The notes beneath the pieces were generated by a model. It was not told where the DNA came from. It made no database searches and saw only the letters and a list, made by a program, of their open reading frames with translations. This document shows positions 49,901 to 64,000 of a stretch of DNA of 64,000 bases, piece by piece. This DNA comes from Tubulanus polymorphus. Its lineage: Eukaryota > Animalia > Nemertea. The stretch lies in the NCBI RefSeq assembly GCF_964204645.1, contig NC_134031.1, positions 6,944,001-7,008,000 on the forward strand, written 5' to 3'. The position numbers and the translations under genes are program-made. How positions within the stretch are numbered: the first letter of the stretch is position 1; every line of letters begins with the position of its first letter.

Positions 49901-51470
49901 ACCAATCGACTACAATATATTTCAGCAGTTTCATTCAAAATAACTGAAACTTGTTAATATTGTTTCTAAGAAGATAGTTGAGAGGAAGCTGATTCGACCT
50001 GATGGAACTTCCTCGCACAGCTTTTCTTTTTTTTGTATGAATGAATGAATGAATGTGATACACTCGAGCAAATATCTCATTATGAATAAATATGAAGTGC
50101 CTGTGTCCCCCATCCCCTTAGATTTGAAATTGATTCCCTAGACTATGTGAGATTACTTGTGCTGTTGGTTTCAAAATAGAAATTGACTTAACTGATTGGG
50201 TGTTCGTACAGCTGTCAACTGAAGGATGTACTGACAAGTTCCATAATACTGTCATATACTGCTGATACCTGTGGTGATATGCAACAGTACTTCAACATGT
50301 ATACACACGGTGAAAAGACCTCACATTTAAACAGAGTACCTTGCAACAAAGCTGTCACAACGGTTATAGAATCCTCATTAAACAGGAGTAGGATGGATGA
50401 CTTCATCCATGGTCTGATAATACATACAGGGTACATCGTAAACACAGCTGGATTTGACGCAGGATTCCCCAACACATAGCTGTCAGTAGGATATTACACT
50501 AACTACTATACCCAGCTACAAGGCCTCTAAACATTGCTGTTGGTGTGTTAGTAGAATATGCTGATCTATACAAGGCTCTGCTGGCTATTTCAACACTGGC
50601 TATTCCTCCATTCATTTTGACATGGAAGTCTTTGTCCATTTACCAGTATTTCTCCAGAGCCAATGAGTTCAACATCACTTGTTTATAGTTGAATTTACTC
50701 ATTAATTTAAGGAACCACAAGCCAAGAATTTGATGAATTTTGTTGGCGGAATGAAACATTAATTGTTTAGCAGTTTAGGGTACATTCATTAATTATGTAC
50801 GCATTAGGAGAGGGGAGCGGTGACTGCAATTGCGTACTGTAATGCTTAATGTACAGTCAACCCCTGATATACCGCCCACATCGGTGCCGAACGATTTTGG
50901 TATAGGGAGTATGGCGTTTTATCGGCGTTGTGTTACTATGTATTTGTATAGAGATGTACATTGAGAAAACCTGGCGGTAGGCGAGGGTGGCGATATATGG
51001 GAGGGCAGTATATCGGGTGTTAACTGTATATTAAAAACTGGCCGATATTCGTACAGGGGGAAGGGGGGTTGAAAAAGTCAAATTTTATGCGTACGTAATA
51101 AATGAATGATCCCTAAGGGATGTATAAAATTTGAATTTTTCAACCCCCCTCCCTCCCTGTACACAAAAGCGGCCATTTTTTCATATACAAAGCATTACAG
51201 TACGCAATTGCACTTACTCCTCCCCCTCCCCTAATGCGTACGTAATAAATGAATGACCCCTCATGGTAATTTTCCTTGCCTGAACGAATTCTGAAACTAC
51301 ATACTGATGAAACCAACCTTGTTGACCCTAACAACGTATTAGTTGGGACGTAGGCTCTGATCCGGGCTATATTTCACTACATTTTTCGAAAGAAAGTGTC
51401 CTTTTCCTTGAAAGAGTCCTTTTGAATATCCATTATTCTGTAATCTATAAAGACTTCTGTTACTAACACC

Positions 51471-51509
<39 letters not shown>

Positions 51510-54500
51510 ATCTATATATATATATATATATAGTCATCTATATATATATATATATAGTCATCTATATATATATATATAGTCATCTATATAGTCACTTGGT
51601 CAAGTTAGCAATCATTTATACTTTGTTAAAAGGTGCGTGCCCCTCTAAATCCGGAATACAATGGAAGATAAGTTCTAGATCCACCCTCGGATGAGGTGTC
51701 ATGAATGAGAACATGTAGAATGCACAAAAATGAAATTTACAAAACCCTCAAAGCATTAATTTTTTCCATTAAATTCCAGCTATTCATAGATTATTAAAAT
51801 GTATATTTCCATTGACCTTTTGAACTGCATTCTGTTATGCCTTTGTGATCAGAATATTTTTTCTATGCATACCTTAAATGTGTTGTATTTATTAAGAAAT
51901 GTTATGTATAGAAGAAACATTATTGCTGGCCTATTTTCTGGTACTATAAGTGTAATTGCTTCATGTATTACAGGCGCCTATAGATCCATACAACCTGTTG
52001 AAGATACTGTCTCCTCAACTCGGAATCAATGGAAATATTAAAGATTTACCAGACGTCGTTAAGATTATCGGGTATGTTTTAAGTAATATTGTTATCAAAT
52101 TCCTTAAAATGTTTTCTGCGTAGGTGGGACAATCTTTAGAATGCAAGTTTATCGTTAAATGATAATTCCTTTAATTCAGATTGATGAAGGACGCGAATAA
52201 ACTAGTCAGTCGATGTATATACATAAATATATTACGAGCTACAACAGATTTAGAAACGTTAGAAAGGTAAGATATTTCATCGTTTAGGCGGGGTGGCCAC
52301 TGACCTGGGAAAACCTCGGGGAATTTGGCAAATTTTACTTAAAATCTGGTAAACTCTGGGAATTTGGATAATGCTATTGACCGCATATTTCTTTATCATA
52401 ACTGTAACGTCTTAAACCTAGAAATTCTCGGCGAATTTTGTGTCATCACACGGAAAATCAGGGAAAACTCAGTGGATTTGGAAATGGGCAGAAAGTGGTG
52501 CCATACTGTTAGAATGACTTATTGCTTTTATTTCTTAATGTAGCATCAATGAGTAATCTGATTTCTGATAAGTAACTAATTTTGACGTCGTAAAACCTAA
52601 TTTCATTCACACATCTATTGTAGGTTGCTGTTATCTCATCTAGAAAATTCTAATTACCATATATGTTTATAGTCAGACATATTTTACATTTGACAAATCT
52701 TTATATTTCGATTTTTGCAGATTTTTAAACAGCGGAGGTTGGGATGTTTTGAACGCGTGGCTGAACGAAGCTAAGGAAGTCGACAATTACCCAATTTTGC
52801 TCGAGATGTTGAAACTGTACCAGAATCTGCCGATTAGTCTGACGTTGTTGAAAGCGAATACATGTGCTAAAACAATAAAACTACTGTCGAAATGTAGTAA
52901 TGAAGGTACGTTCAGAGTATAAACGTAGACGCAAGATTTCCATGTTTGCCTCTCATCAATTAGGCCTAGTTGTTATGTTCCTGAACGATGTGAAAAAATT
53001 GGAAAATTGATGACTGATAAAAAGTTTGCAAAGAATAGGCCAGAGCCGTTGGAAGGAATTTTTCAGTGGCGAGGCTTATTTCTGAAGGGGGTCTTGGGCC
53101 CTCCCCTGTTAAGTCGTGAGCCAACCATCTAGTACAGAGAACAACGAGCTGCTACGCGGTACAGCGTGCTTTTGAAAAAAGCATTAACAAATTTTCAAGC
53201 AAAAAAGTGGGGCGGCTTTGGCCGCCCCCATTCCGACGGCCCTGTAGCTATATTCGATAAAGTGCAAAATTTAAAAAATCTTAATAAATCATTAAACTGT
53301 GTGAACAATTCAGTGTCTGCTAAAATATTTTGATCTCCTCTCTATGCCTTATGCAATGGCGCTCAGAATCAATGCTGTGGTAAAGTTTAAATAATTCAAT
53401 TTTTATCTGTCCAGATTTCTTATCAGTTTTTTGTACCTATTGGAAATGAAAGAATGTAAAAAATCTGGAAAGATTCTGTTAGAAAATGTGAAAAAATCCT
53501 CGTGCGTATTTCCTTCGATATTTTGTTCAATATGCTTTACGTTTATTTTTCGACAGATGTGAAATCTTTGGCTTCTGTTATTGTTGATTTGTGGAAAACT
53601 AAAATCAGCGAAGGTGCCTTAAGTAAGTCTAGAATTTATATTTTGAATAATACATGTATCTCCATGATTTACAATTTGGGATTCAGTTGAATAGATATTC
53701 GAAAGAATAAGGGTACCAATGACCAAATTGTTCAAGCCATTGGTGTCTTGTGTCTTGTGTGATTCTATGGCTCCTGCTTTCTAATCCTTGATGTTGGTAT
53801 CGTATCTTCGTCAATGCTTCTTCAGGCCCCTGCCCACCTATATTCGACCAATCAGCTTTCGGTTGACGTAGACTTTACTACTTTTGTTCTTATCGAATAA
53901 CCTATTCGTATTTCAGAAGGATCTAAAAATACGGACGAAAACGGTGCCAAGAAATCGAAACCGGGCAAAAAGGACGATAAAAAGTCGAAAAAATTCAAAC
54001 CGGAAAAGGATAGTAAAAAACTGAAAAACGGACCCGATTCGAAGAAACCTCGAATCGTATCCGCGGAAATGAACGACGCGGATAAACCGAGTATAAAACT
54101 GAAGATAAACTTGAAGGATAAACAAAGTCACACGACGTCGTCGCTGTCCTCGTCGTCGTTGTCGGACGCGGCATTAAAACGCAGTGGAGATCACCTCAAT
54201 AACGACTCCATTAAAACGAAAGTGTTAAAAACCGGCGATAAGAAAGACGTGAAGAAAATCGATCGGCCGAAAACAGTGAAAACGTTCACGACGAAGTTCC
54301 GTTCGACGGGTACGTTCAATTGTAGCGATATAAGCGATATATATATATATATACATATAGCTCACTCAGTGTTCTCCGCAACGGGTTTAACCTCTTCGCT
54401 ACCATGGGTATACCATATATTTACTTCGCAAATGATGACCTTCTCTCACCATGCGCGACGTATATTTACGTCGCAAATATATTCATTTACTACAATTGCT

Positions 54501-57500
54501 GGTTGGTGAGCCATTGCACCGCTTGTGTGTAGCCGTACTATAGGCTTGTCTGCCTCAACTTAGTTCCAATTTTTACTCATAGATGGAGGATTAGTTACTC
54601 TAACTGCCTCTAATACCGATTTTATTTGAATTGATTGATGCCATTGGGCTCGAATCCTGGTGAGGTAGGTTACATTATCTGTGGTAGTGAAGAGGTTAAG
54701 AGGGGTTGATGCCCCTTTCATTTTTACATCCACCCTTTTAGGCTTTAGAATGCAGCCATTTTAAAATTCCAGCATAAAAGAGAACACTGCTCACTGTCTA
54801 AAGCTTAGCTCAGGTCGACTTACGACCCGATGATCTCGTCGTAAGAACAGCGGTAGTAACCACGCGACCGCCGATTGCAGATTCGTTTGTCGCATCGTTG
54901 TTAGAACACCCGGTTCATCTATGACTCGATCATCGTAGAGTCTATAGGTCATGCGACGCATAACTCGTTTACAATTTGATCGGCGCGTAGAAATGGAACT
55001 CGGTCTATTCTCGCGATTCGGCTTACGACGGGTCTGCGATCAATTCGTCGTGGTCGAAAAGGTTCCCGCTGAATAATTCGCGGACCAGTCCAACGAGATG
55101 ACCGGGTCGTAAGGCGACCTGAATTTAGCTTAACAGTACAGTAGACGTAGTCAGTAACCGGTGTGTGGTTTTGTTTCAAAAAATAAAGCTCGTTGATAAA
55201 ATAAAAGCTTACGACCAACGTTTAGGTAACTGAGTAGACTGCGCTTAACTTACTGCGATGTGTAATAATTATACGTTGCTATTAAAAATTATTTGAATTT
55301 CGAAATGTAGATCTACTAGAGCCTCTTGCAACAAATATATTTGTCGATTACTTCATTGACAATGGTATGTAACATGTTCGATATTGTGTCGCGATGCATT
55401 AAGTATGCCCAAGTGTGCGCATTTTTCGGCATAATTTTGAGTGACGGGATTTAGTATCAATCACATAATCGACAATACATTGGTTGTAGTCTGCCGGTCT
55501 GTAAATCGCGCATTTTGTAAATTTGTTTTTGGCGTACTTGTCGCTAGTGTTGGGCAGGCTCTTATCCAAGGTAGTCGCCGCCCATCATTCAGAATTGAGG
55601 TGAGACAGCTGAGTTTTCAGTTGACACTATCTGCCACCAGTAAGAACCTGTGTCACTCCCATTGCCACAGTGAAATGTACAGCAGAACCAGTAGTTGCTT
55701 AATTAGATAGGATTATTTTGGACCAATGGGGTGCCAGCATTTACCAGTTGACACAACAATTGTGGGATTGACTTTAGGACTGTATTACATTTTAGAATGC
55801 GAAAAATCCTTTGAAACAACGGAATAAGTCAAAGATATCTTCTACCAAATAATTGGATTGTGTCGAATAGGTTTATTACATAATTGAGGAATTTGAACTA
55901 TCAGGAATGGATCCCGAGGCCAACTTTAACTTGCCACATCAAAAAAGGACTCTAAGATGTCCTAAAAGGCAATATTTGGTCTGTTAGCGCGCTGAGGGCC
56001 AAATTTTGAAGAGATTTTCAAGTCCCAAAAGGAACTGATCCTTTTATCTACTATTGTGTTTTAATATTATGTTTTAATACGGTTAAAATGATTTATATCT
56101 ATGTAAAGCACACCGATTACCATGTAGGGGTGCGCTATATAAGAAAATATATTATTATTATTATTATTAACATTGATATCCAAATTATATAGGCTATTAG
56201 GTGTACATTTCCACACTGAAATGTTCCAATGTTTGTTGACAAAATGAAAAAGGGCACTCAAAAAATTGGATGCACTTATAACAAGTCTTCTAAGTCCCCC
56301 TGGATCCGCCCCTGGTTCTTGAGATCCCTGGGGATGCGAGTCTCTAGTTGCTGGCTACGTCTATTGTTTCAAATTGGTACCAATCACTGAATAGTTTTAT
56401 GAGGTTCGCCTCTGCGGCTTGTGTCTTACACAGTACTCGTTGATAAGTTGAAATCTCGATTGTAAGATGGCAGCTCATTGTTAAACATTGTAAAATTTCC
56501 GAACTTACAAAAAACTAGACATGATATAGTGACATACGTATCCATTATAACAAACTGCATAGTGGTGAGATATTCAGTAATCTCTGAAAACTCCCAATAG
56601 TACAAGGGTGGGAAAGTGTCGGCTGAGAAAAATGTTTAAAACCCTTTCAGTGCTTGGTTATTGTTACTCTAAAGTGTTGGAGATAATTTGAAGATTTTGA
56701 AAAATTCCACCCCACTGCTGTTATACCAAGCACTGGGGTGACCCCAGTGCTTGGTATAACATGCATACCACTGAAGAGTGTCTACACTGCAGCGCGGTGT
56801 ATCATTAGTTAGTTCGCTGTGTTTGACAGTTGCTGCATTCTTTCATGACACATTCACAAATTACATCAATACACCGCTATGCGGTGTTGTAGCAAAGTTC
56901 ATCACCGATATGCCGCACTGCACAAGGTTAAAATGTTTCTGAAAAGTCCCTTGGATTGAATAAGCCTAACGTATGTTGATTTTTCCATGTTTTTCCGTGC
57001 GAACGTATTTATATCATGTTTATGTATATGAATTAGGTTTAGAAGAAGAACCCGTTCTACCGAAGAAGAAGAAACAAGATTCATTCGAGAACGCGTTGTC
57101 CGTTGGAATCGATATGAAACCGTTTAAAATACCTAAAAGAGTGACAACGACGACAACGTAAGTTTATTTCTATCGGGACCCATTCTCAGACTATAGAGTG
57201 TAGTCGAATGAAACACTCATCCGTGTACACTAACTAGATAATCAAAGAACTCCCGCGATTCAAATTTGGTATGATAAAATTTATTATTTTGAAACCAGAA
57301 CGTTTTGGAATGATGGCTGGCTATTAGTCGAAACGTTCTGGTTTTGTTTTTTAAAATTATATCGTATAAAAATTGACTTCTTCGATTGACTATAGAGGTC
57401 TTGCACGTGACTTCATAGTTTGTTTGCCAACCAGTGCTGAAGACTTGACATACATAACGACAGATGATTATCAGGGGATTAACAAACTTTGATTGTCTAT

Positions 57501-60500
57501 CTTGTAAATCGGTTATCGTGTTGCCAACCAGTATGGCGTAGTCACGTTGAAAAAGCACATTGCTGCAAGACCTCTTTTAGACCTAGAAAACCTTGAAAAT
57601 TCAGGGAATCAGAAAAATCCGCAGAATACTCAATTTGACAAATTTTACGAAAAACCTTGAATTTTGATAATGCTTTTGACTGTGTGTTTCTTTATCAATA
57701 CGTGTTTCGATGAAAAATGAATAATGAATTGTAACATTTTAAGCCTAGAAATTTCTCTGATTCACTCAGGGAATTTTGTGTAATCACATGGAAAATTAGG
57801 GAAAACTCTGGGAATTTGTAAATTGGTGGAAAGCCACCCTGATTAACCTCTTCACTACCGCAGATAATGTAACCTACCTCACCAGGATTTGAGCCCAATG
57901 GCATCAATCAATTCAAATAAAATCGGTATTAGAGGCTGTTAGAGTTACTAATCCTCCATTTATGAGTAAAAATTGGAACTAAGTTGAGGCAGACAAGCCT
58001 ATAGTACGGCTACACACCAGCGGTGCAATGGCTCACCACACCAGCGGTGCAATGGCTCACCACACCAGCAATTGTAGTAAATGAATATATTTGCGACGTA
58101 AATATACGTCGCGCATGGTAGCAAAGAGGTTAATAAAAATCTAAACTTGAACTAGAGTTGAAATGAGTTAATTTATGCCAAAGAATATTTCCATTATTTA
58201 ATCTATTCAAACATCGATAACGGTAGTTTAATTGTTATTATATTCGGTAGGTCGAGCGAAAACAATAATAAACCGTTGGATAAGAAATCGCGGGGACCGT
58301 CGCAACCGAGTCCGCTGGCGAACTCGCACCCGGTTGAGAAAAACAAACTGTTAACTTCGTCGTCGCAGCCGCCCGAGAAAAAACCGCGACCTACGCTGCC
58401 GGGACCGATAGTCGCGACGCCGTCTACGGCGCTCTCGGAAAAATCGCCGACGTCACCCGCTGGCGACGGGAAATTGAGACCGGGCGTTAATAAACAGCAT
58501 CGAGGTAAGTACTCGTTGATTTCGATGGATAGATTATTTCTATAATTTCAATTTCAATTTATCAAAAATCCAAAGTATAAGTAATGAAGAAAAACAACAA
58601 TAACAACAAACAGACAAAAAACAAAAAAGATGTGCACTAAAAGTAAAAAAATAAAAGGAGAGAGAGAAGTAATACAATGTCTAACATCTACATGACATTG
58701 ATTTTGGTGGTCGCAAGGTGCAAATAATGGTGTGTAACGTAGTCGGTTATTTCATAGGAATATTAATAATAATGATTGATAATAATAATGATGATGATAA
58801 TTTATTCAGCCTAAAATCCATTTAAAATATGCGCATTGGCTCTACATGACATATAAAATGAGAAGATAGAAACAGAGAAAACTAAAACGAGTTTAATTAA
58901 AAGCTTTGATGGGTTTTGAGCTAAGATTTAAAAACATTGATTGAAGGACTAGATTTAATTGGACTAGGTAAAGTATTCCAGAGCACCGGGGCAGAGTACG
59001 CGAAGGCTTTAATATTACTTAAGATTCCTTGAAAAGTATGCTAAGTTTCCTCCCCGGAAATAGTTTCGATGAGCTCAAAAATCCTCCCTAAAGTTGTTGA
59101 ATGACGCTTCAATTAGTTCTACTAGGCTACCAAGAAGATTTTTTCAAACGAATGTTTCTTTACCGTATTTAGTGCAAGAAAGTTCCGGATTTATGGACGC
59201 GCTGATGGCTCCGGCGGTTCACATGCCTCGTATTAAAAAGAAGAAACCGACCACGCCGACGAATAAAGCTACGTCGCCTACCGGGACGAAACCTGGAGAT
59301 TCGATGGAACGTCCATCTCCACTTGTCCAACAGCCTCAGCCTAAATTCCCTTCAGTAAGTACATCAGATTCATTGGACTGCTTTTGATAAAGTAAATGGC
59401 TTTCGCTTTTGCTTGTGGATCGAGGACCTGATACACCAGCTATCCCATTAGATGACACCACTGAAGTGCCTCAGAAATCAGCTAATTTTCAATTAACTTT
59501 GATCGAGATTTTTAGTCCCTTTTATGTGTGAGAATATTCAGTCAAGTCATTGAATTTTCGAGAAAATTATGCACAGATTTCAATTGAGTTATTAAAGATA
59601 AATACTACTAGCATTGATGTCGTATGTAAAATGGTGAACCTGGTGGATCCTCTCCTCAATAGCATCCCTGCTGGGTACCCTCATCAACAATGAATTGCTG
59701 GGGCCATATTGATGATACGAAAATGTGAAAAAAATTAAAAAAACTATGGAAATGTGTCAGAAATTCAAGAAAAGTGTTTCGAAGATGTTTCGATTCCCCT
59801 TTTTCGTCATATACTGAGAAGCTCAGAAGTAATGCTCAGCTGTCACCATTTTAAAGCTTAAGAGGCTTACTATGTCCATATCATGATCAGAAACCATTTA
59901 CTGTATGTTATTGTCTTGACAATGAAATGTGAAATATTCTTACATTTTGCTATGAAAAAGATGTGAAAAAAGCCAATTGTAAGGATAAAAAGAAATTTGA
60001 AAGATCGAAATTTCGAAGTTCATCAATCGCGGACCCCTGGGGAACATGAGTTTAAATGAAACTGAGCCCCTTCCAATTTGTGCTTATTCACATCGGAAGA
60101 TTCTGGATCCGGTTCCTGACCTATGTTTTAAGCATATTGACCCTTCCTTGCAGTATTACAAAGATACGCTGGAAACGAGCGACGATTCGAAAGAAAAAAC
60201 GGATGAGGAAACGAAAAACGGCGCCGAGAAGGAAAGGACTCCGACACCATCGGATAATTCTCAAGGAGGTAGATGAATGTTCTGTAATCTAGTAGTGGTT
60301 TAAATTAGGTTAAATCATATTGAAGTAATTGAAAACAGTTGTAAGGCAGGCTGCATGCTATATACAGAGCTGCCAACTATTCCTGATTTTCACTATTTTG
60401 TTACGAGAAATACTGATTCGATTTGTTTGATCCGTATGGAAATATGAAAGAACATTTTCTTTCACAATTCAATAAAATGTTACTGGAAAAAATTCAATTC

Positions 60501-63500
60501 ATTACTGATAACCGTTTTTAGTGGGTGGCAGCCCTGTATCAGAACACGGAGAAAGTTCTTTTACCAGGGAAACACAGGGAATTTGGAAGTCGATGGATTG
60601 TTGCCAGTAATCCCGATGGATTTCATCGGTGCCAAATGATTTGAATTAAGCGCGTGTGACTTAACGTAGATGATATGAAATGACCACTGCTTGTACATTA
60701 TAGGCGATGGTGCTGAAACTTCTACGAACGGCAAGAAAAAAAAGAAAGTGACCTGGGTGCAGGAATCCGAATTAAGGACGTTTCACTACTTCGAAATGGA
60801 TAACGAGGAACGAGGTAAGCTTCCGTCGATCAGTAGAAGTCATAGAAAAATTCTTCTACATAGAAAAATCTTTTCATTCATTTGCATGACTGACGTAAAT
60901 TAAAATTCCACAAAAAAAATCATACGCAAAGTACATACGCAAAATTTTGCTTATTTTGGGCCCCCAACATTTGTACATTCAGCGTATTCTCCATGTGCTG
61001 GAATTTTAAAGGGACTGCATTCACGTCGTGGCTGCCGAAGTAGCAAGGCTTTCAATCCCTCCAAAAAATACCGGAAATTAAACTTAATTTTGGTGCAATC
61101 TTCTTTTTGTCACATTGCTCAATAATATATTTCAAAGCAATCATCATTATATCAAAAGCCACTCTAGCAGGGGCAGCAGAGATATGGCTGCATTTCTGAG
61201 GGGTGAAAACCTGCCCCTCTAAAACCTGTTGTGGAGAACACATGCAATTTCAGGCATATGTATGAACATCATATGGGCAAGAAGCTAATATTTTGGGACT
61301 CCGCAATGTGTATGTCTCGCTGACTTATTTCCGCGTACCGGTACCTGGAATTTAGTTAAGTTTTTTTCATCGACAGTGAATGTCAATCGCATTCGAGATT
61401 TCGCCGAGTTGAAGAAGGCCGAGATGATGGAAGGACGACAGCACGTTCAACAGCACAAACGAATGCACAATCCGAATGACAAAATGTGCGAGAAAATGTC
61501 GTGGTACCGACCCATATTGATCAGTATTCCGTTTAAAACCGTCGAGACCGGTCACATGAGCAAAGAACGCGAAATACAGCGCCAGCGGGAACGCGGTGTT
61601 CTTCAAGCTATTTACTTCGGCAGGGATATGTAAGTATTTACGATTTTACCTTCAATCGGCGTTAGAGCTCAGTTTATTGATAAAAAATTTTACGATAGAG
61701 GTCTTGCTCCATGGTCAAATAGTTATTTTAAGATTAGAACATGAAAACAGGGGCCAGATTTTAATACAGGGGCCACTTGCTCAAAGGTTGGTTAAAGATA
61801 ACCAGTGGATAAATACCACAGTAACAATGAAACTTTAATCGTCACTATGTCAACTATCCACTGGTTAACTCTAACCATCTTTTGATCAACTGGCCCCTGG
61901 CCTATGCCAAGCTTTTTTCAGGGGCAGTTCTATTTCAAGAAAAAGGCACTTTATCTAATTTTCGAAAAAATTTGGACCCATATTTGTTGACACTGACTTT
62001 TTGAAGGGCACTTGTAGGGGGTTCGTTTGCTACCCCGAACCCCCCCTCGGTACGGGCTTGATTGAATACATCGATAATTGAATTGATTCAACTGGCAACC
62101 AGTCTAACCCCGATATATTGGTGACGTTGTGCACGTCCTCTCAAAAATAATGACATTTCGAGTAAATCGCAATACTATTCACTGGTCATGTCATTCGCTG
62201 TTTCGTAACGACATCGAACAAATGGACTGCTATATATACTGCCATATACAGTGTATCCCAGAAAATGGTTGCTCCGAAATGATTGAATATTTATAAGTTA
62301 ATCTAAATAAATAAATAAAGTTTTGGTCTGGGTTAGTTTTCAGTAGGATGTATTCTTTACATATTAAGGATATTGGGTCATGTTGACCACGGTTGGCTGG
62401 TTTTCAAACACTAATTATGAAGCGACCTATTTAACTTCAAAACCAAAATTGATAAAATAAGGCCGTTCTACGTGACCCATTAGCCTTGACCTGTAAAGAA
62501 TTCATCCTACTAGATCGCAAAAATTTATTTACTAATATAGATAAACTGATGAATATTCAATCATTTCGGAGGAACCATTTTCTGGGGCACACTGTATAGA
62601 GTAGACAGATATGTCTCCAGATATGTACTGATCTCATACGAGATGCTTGATTCTAGGCTACGAGTAGATTCTCAGTTTGCACTCGATTTAGCGTACTGGG
62701 ATCGTCACTTAAGAGATATATGTCCTGGGTCCTGATTTGTGGGTGACTTGATTTTACATGAAACGATTTAATACGATTATTTCGATGAATATATTCGCTT
62801 ATTTTTTTGTAAAGGGTACCGGATTCTGCTGCTGAACCAGATCCCGAACTGACGGCCGAAACCACCGAAGCGAAAGTCATTCCCCTCGACGATGTAAGTA
62901 GATGTTTACGATAAGTTCTTACCAATGATCTGAAAAAACAAGAATGAAAATATATATATTTTCAGCAATTGTCGATGATCAGAATAATCTTATTTAAAAA
63001 AATTCAAGTTTTTTGATGGCTGTACAGACCAGTAAATGCTAAGCTTAAACAACTGTTCTTAAACTCAACTGATTAATACCCTAGTGCTGGAGATAATTTA
63101 GAATTTTTTGAAAAATTCCACCCTTAGTGTGTTGAATAACCGGAATATCACTATAGTGCTTCTACACCACGATGCGGTGTATCGTTACTAATATTTCACT
63201 ATGTTTGACAGGTGCTGCCATCTTTCAATAGAGATAAAAACTAATTTCTAATTACATCAATACACCGCAGTGTGATGTACTAGCAAAATCCGACACCGAT
63301 TTATACATCTCACTGAAAGGGTTAAATCTCATCAACTTAATCTGAACAATTATTTTTTTGTTGTAGGACGGTGTTTACGAAACGAGTTACGACACGACCG
63401 GTGAGTCGGCAGACGGATACGATCCCACGAAACCCGACACCGGATATTCTAGCAGCGCTGCGGACATCGCCGCCACCTCAGCCGGAGCGATGCCGATACT

Positions 63501-63792
63501 ACCGCCCGCGCTGGCCGGATTACTGGGATCTATATCGACGACGAGCAGCAATAAATCCGACGCTTTACTAACGGAGACTCAGTCGACCGGTGGGCAAGGC
63601 GACCAACCGAAAGGACTTTCGTTGCCGCCAAATATCGCCAGTTTAGTGGCGAGTTTAGCGTCGGCCACGAAACAACAGAACTCCGCTGAAACGACCGCGA
63701 AAACGACGGCCGATGAGAAATCAGCCGAAAGTCAGAACCTCGCTCAAAATAATCCTTTCAGCAGCGTACAAGGTCTCATTAACACACTGATG
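46987..63792 (+). CDS. PPP1R10: Protein phosphatase 1 regulatory subunit 10 (PNUTS), 3' partial
   Basis: The ATG ends exon 46908-46989. Further exons: 51974-52071, 52180-52266, 52721-52905, 53557-53622, 53917-54309, 57037-57157, 58251-58504, 59173-59354, 60154-60268, 60704-60814, 61377-61629, 62815-62893, 63367-63792 (phase consistent, 791 codons). TFIIS N-terminal-like domain (MAPIDPYNLLK..LVSRCIYINIL..GGWDVLNAWL), KFRSTGLE, GFMDAL, PP1-binding KKVTW, FHYFEMDNEERVNVNRIRDF, VPDSAAEPDPE. The gene continues beyond the window. Confidence 0.95.
51473..51592. repeat. Compound (TA)n-GTCATC microsatellite
   Basis: (TA)n tracts of decreasing length separated by GTCATC. Confidence 0.9.
54387..54699. 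mobile_element. piggyBac-type MITE family B, copy 1
   Basis: TTAA-CCTCTTC...GAAGAGG-TTAA. A near-identical reverse-complement copy is at 57843-58133. Confidence 0.8.
57843..58133. mobile_element. piggyBac-type MITE family B, copy 2 (inverted relative to copy 1)
   Basis: TTAA-CCTCTTCACTACC...GGTAGCAAAGAGG-TTAA, the reverse complement of 54387-54699. Confidence 0.8.
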
Positions 63793-64000
63793 GTAAGTCG
63801 AAATGATAGTAATGTATGGTTCTCGTTATTTTTCTGAGCGTTAGTCTGCTGCTGCTGTTGAAAATTATGCTTTCTTTTGAATCTCAAAGTCGCTATTCAT
63901 GCACGAAAAGTGCATCTAAGTAAAGTTTGGATCCAAAAAATGTGATGATATATGAGACAAAAAAATTGAAGGGTTTCCTTCAGAAAGTTTAGTGGCCTTC

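Overview
Eukaryotic, intron-rich and MITE-rich animal (probably invertebrate) DNA, about 36-40% GC, with CpG-rich exons. I reconstructed five genes by hand from GT-AG boundaries and phase. FUNDC1 (-, last exon probably off the left edge) is head-to-head with TSC1/hamartin (+, 21 coding exons, ~1322 aa). TSC1 is tail-to-tail with MRPS18B (-, 6 exons, ~211 aa), which is head-to-head with PPP1R10/PNUTS (+, runs off the right edge). The most unusual structure is an intronless, apparently intact PTAR1 gene inside MRPS18B intron 1 on the same strand. It has its own splice acceptor and appears to share MRPS18B exon 1, which would become a 38-aa uORF in the PTAR1 mRNA. The MRPS18B/PPP1R10 divergent pair matches the arrangement I recall for the human MHC class I region. 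Introns also hold palindromic, TSD-flanked Penelope-like elements with minimal hammerhead cores, a Helentron/HINE-type element with a 154-bp array of CTCF-like motifs, MITEs with tRNA-like ends, and piggyBac-, hAT-, Harbinger- and Tc1-type MITEs. All homology calls come from remembered family sequences; no database search was run.
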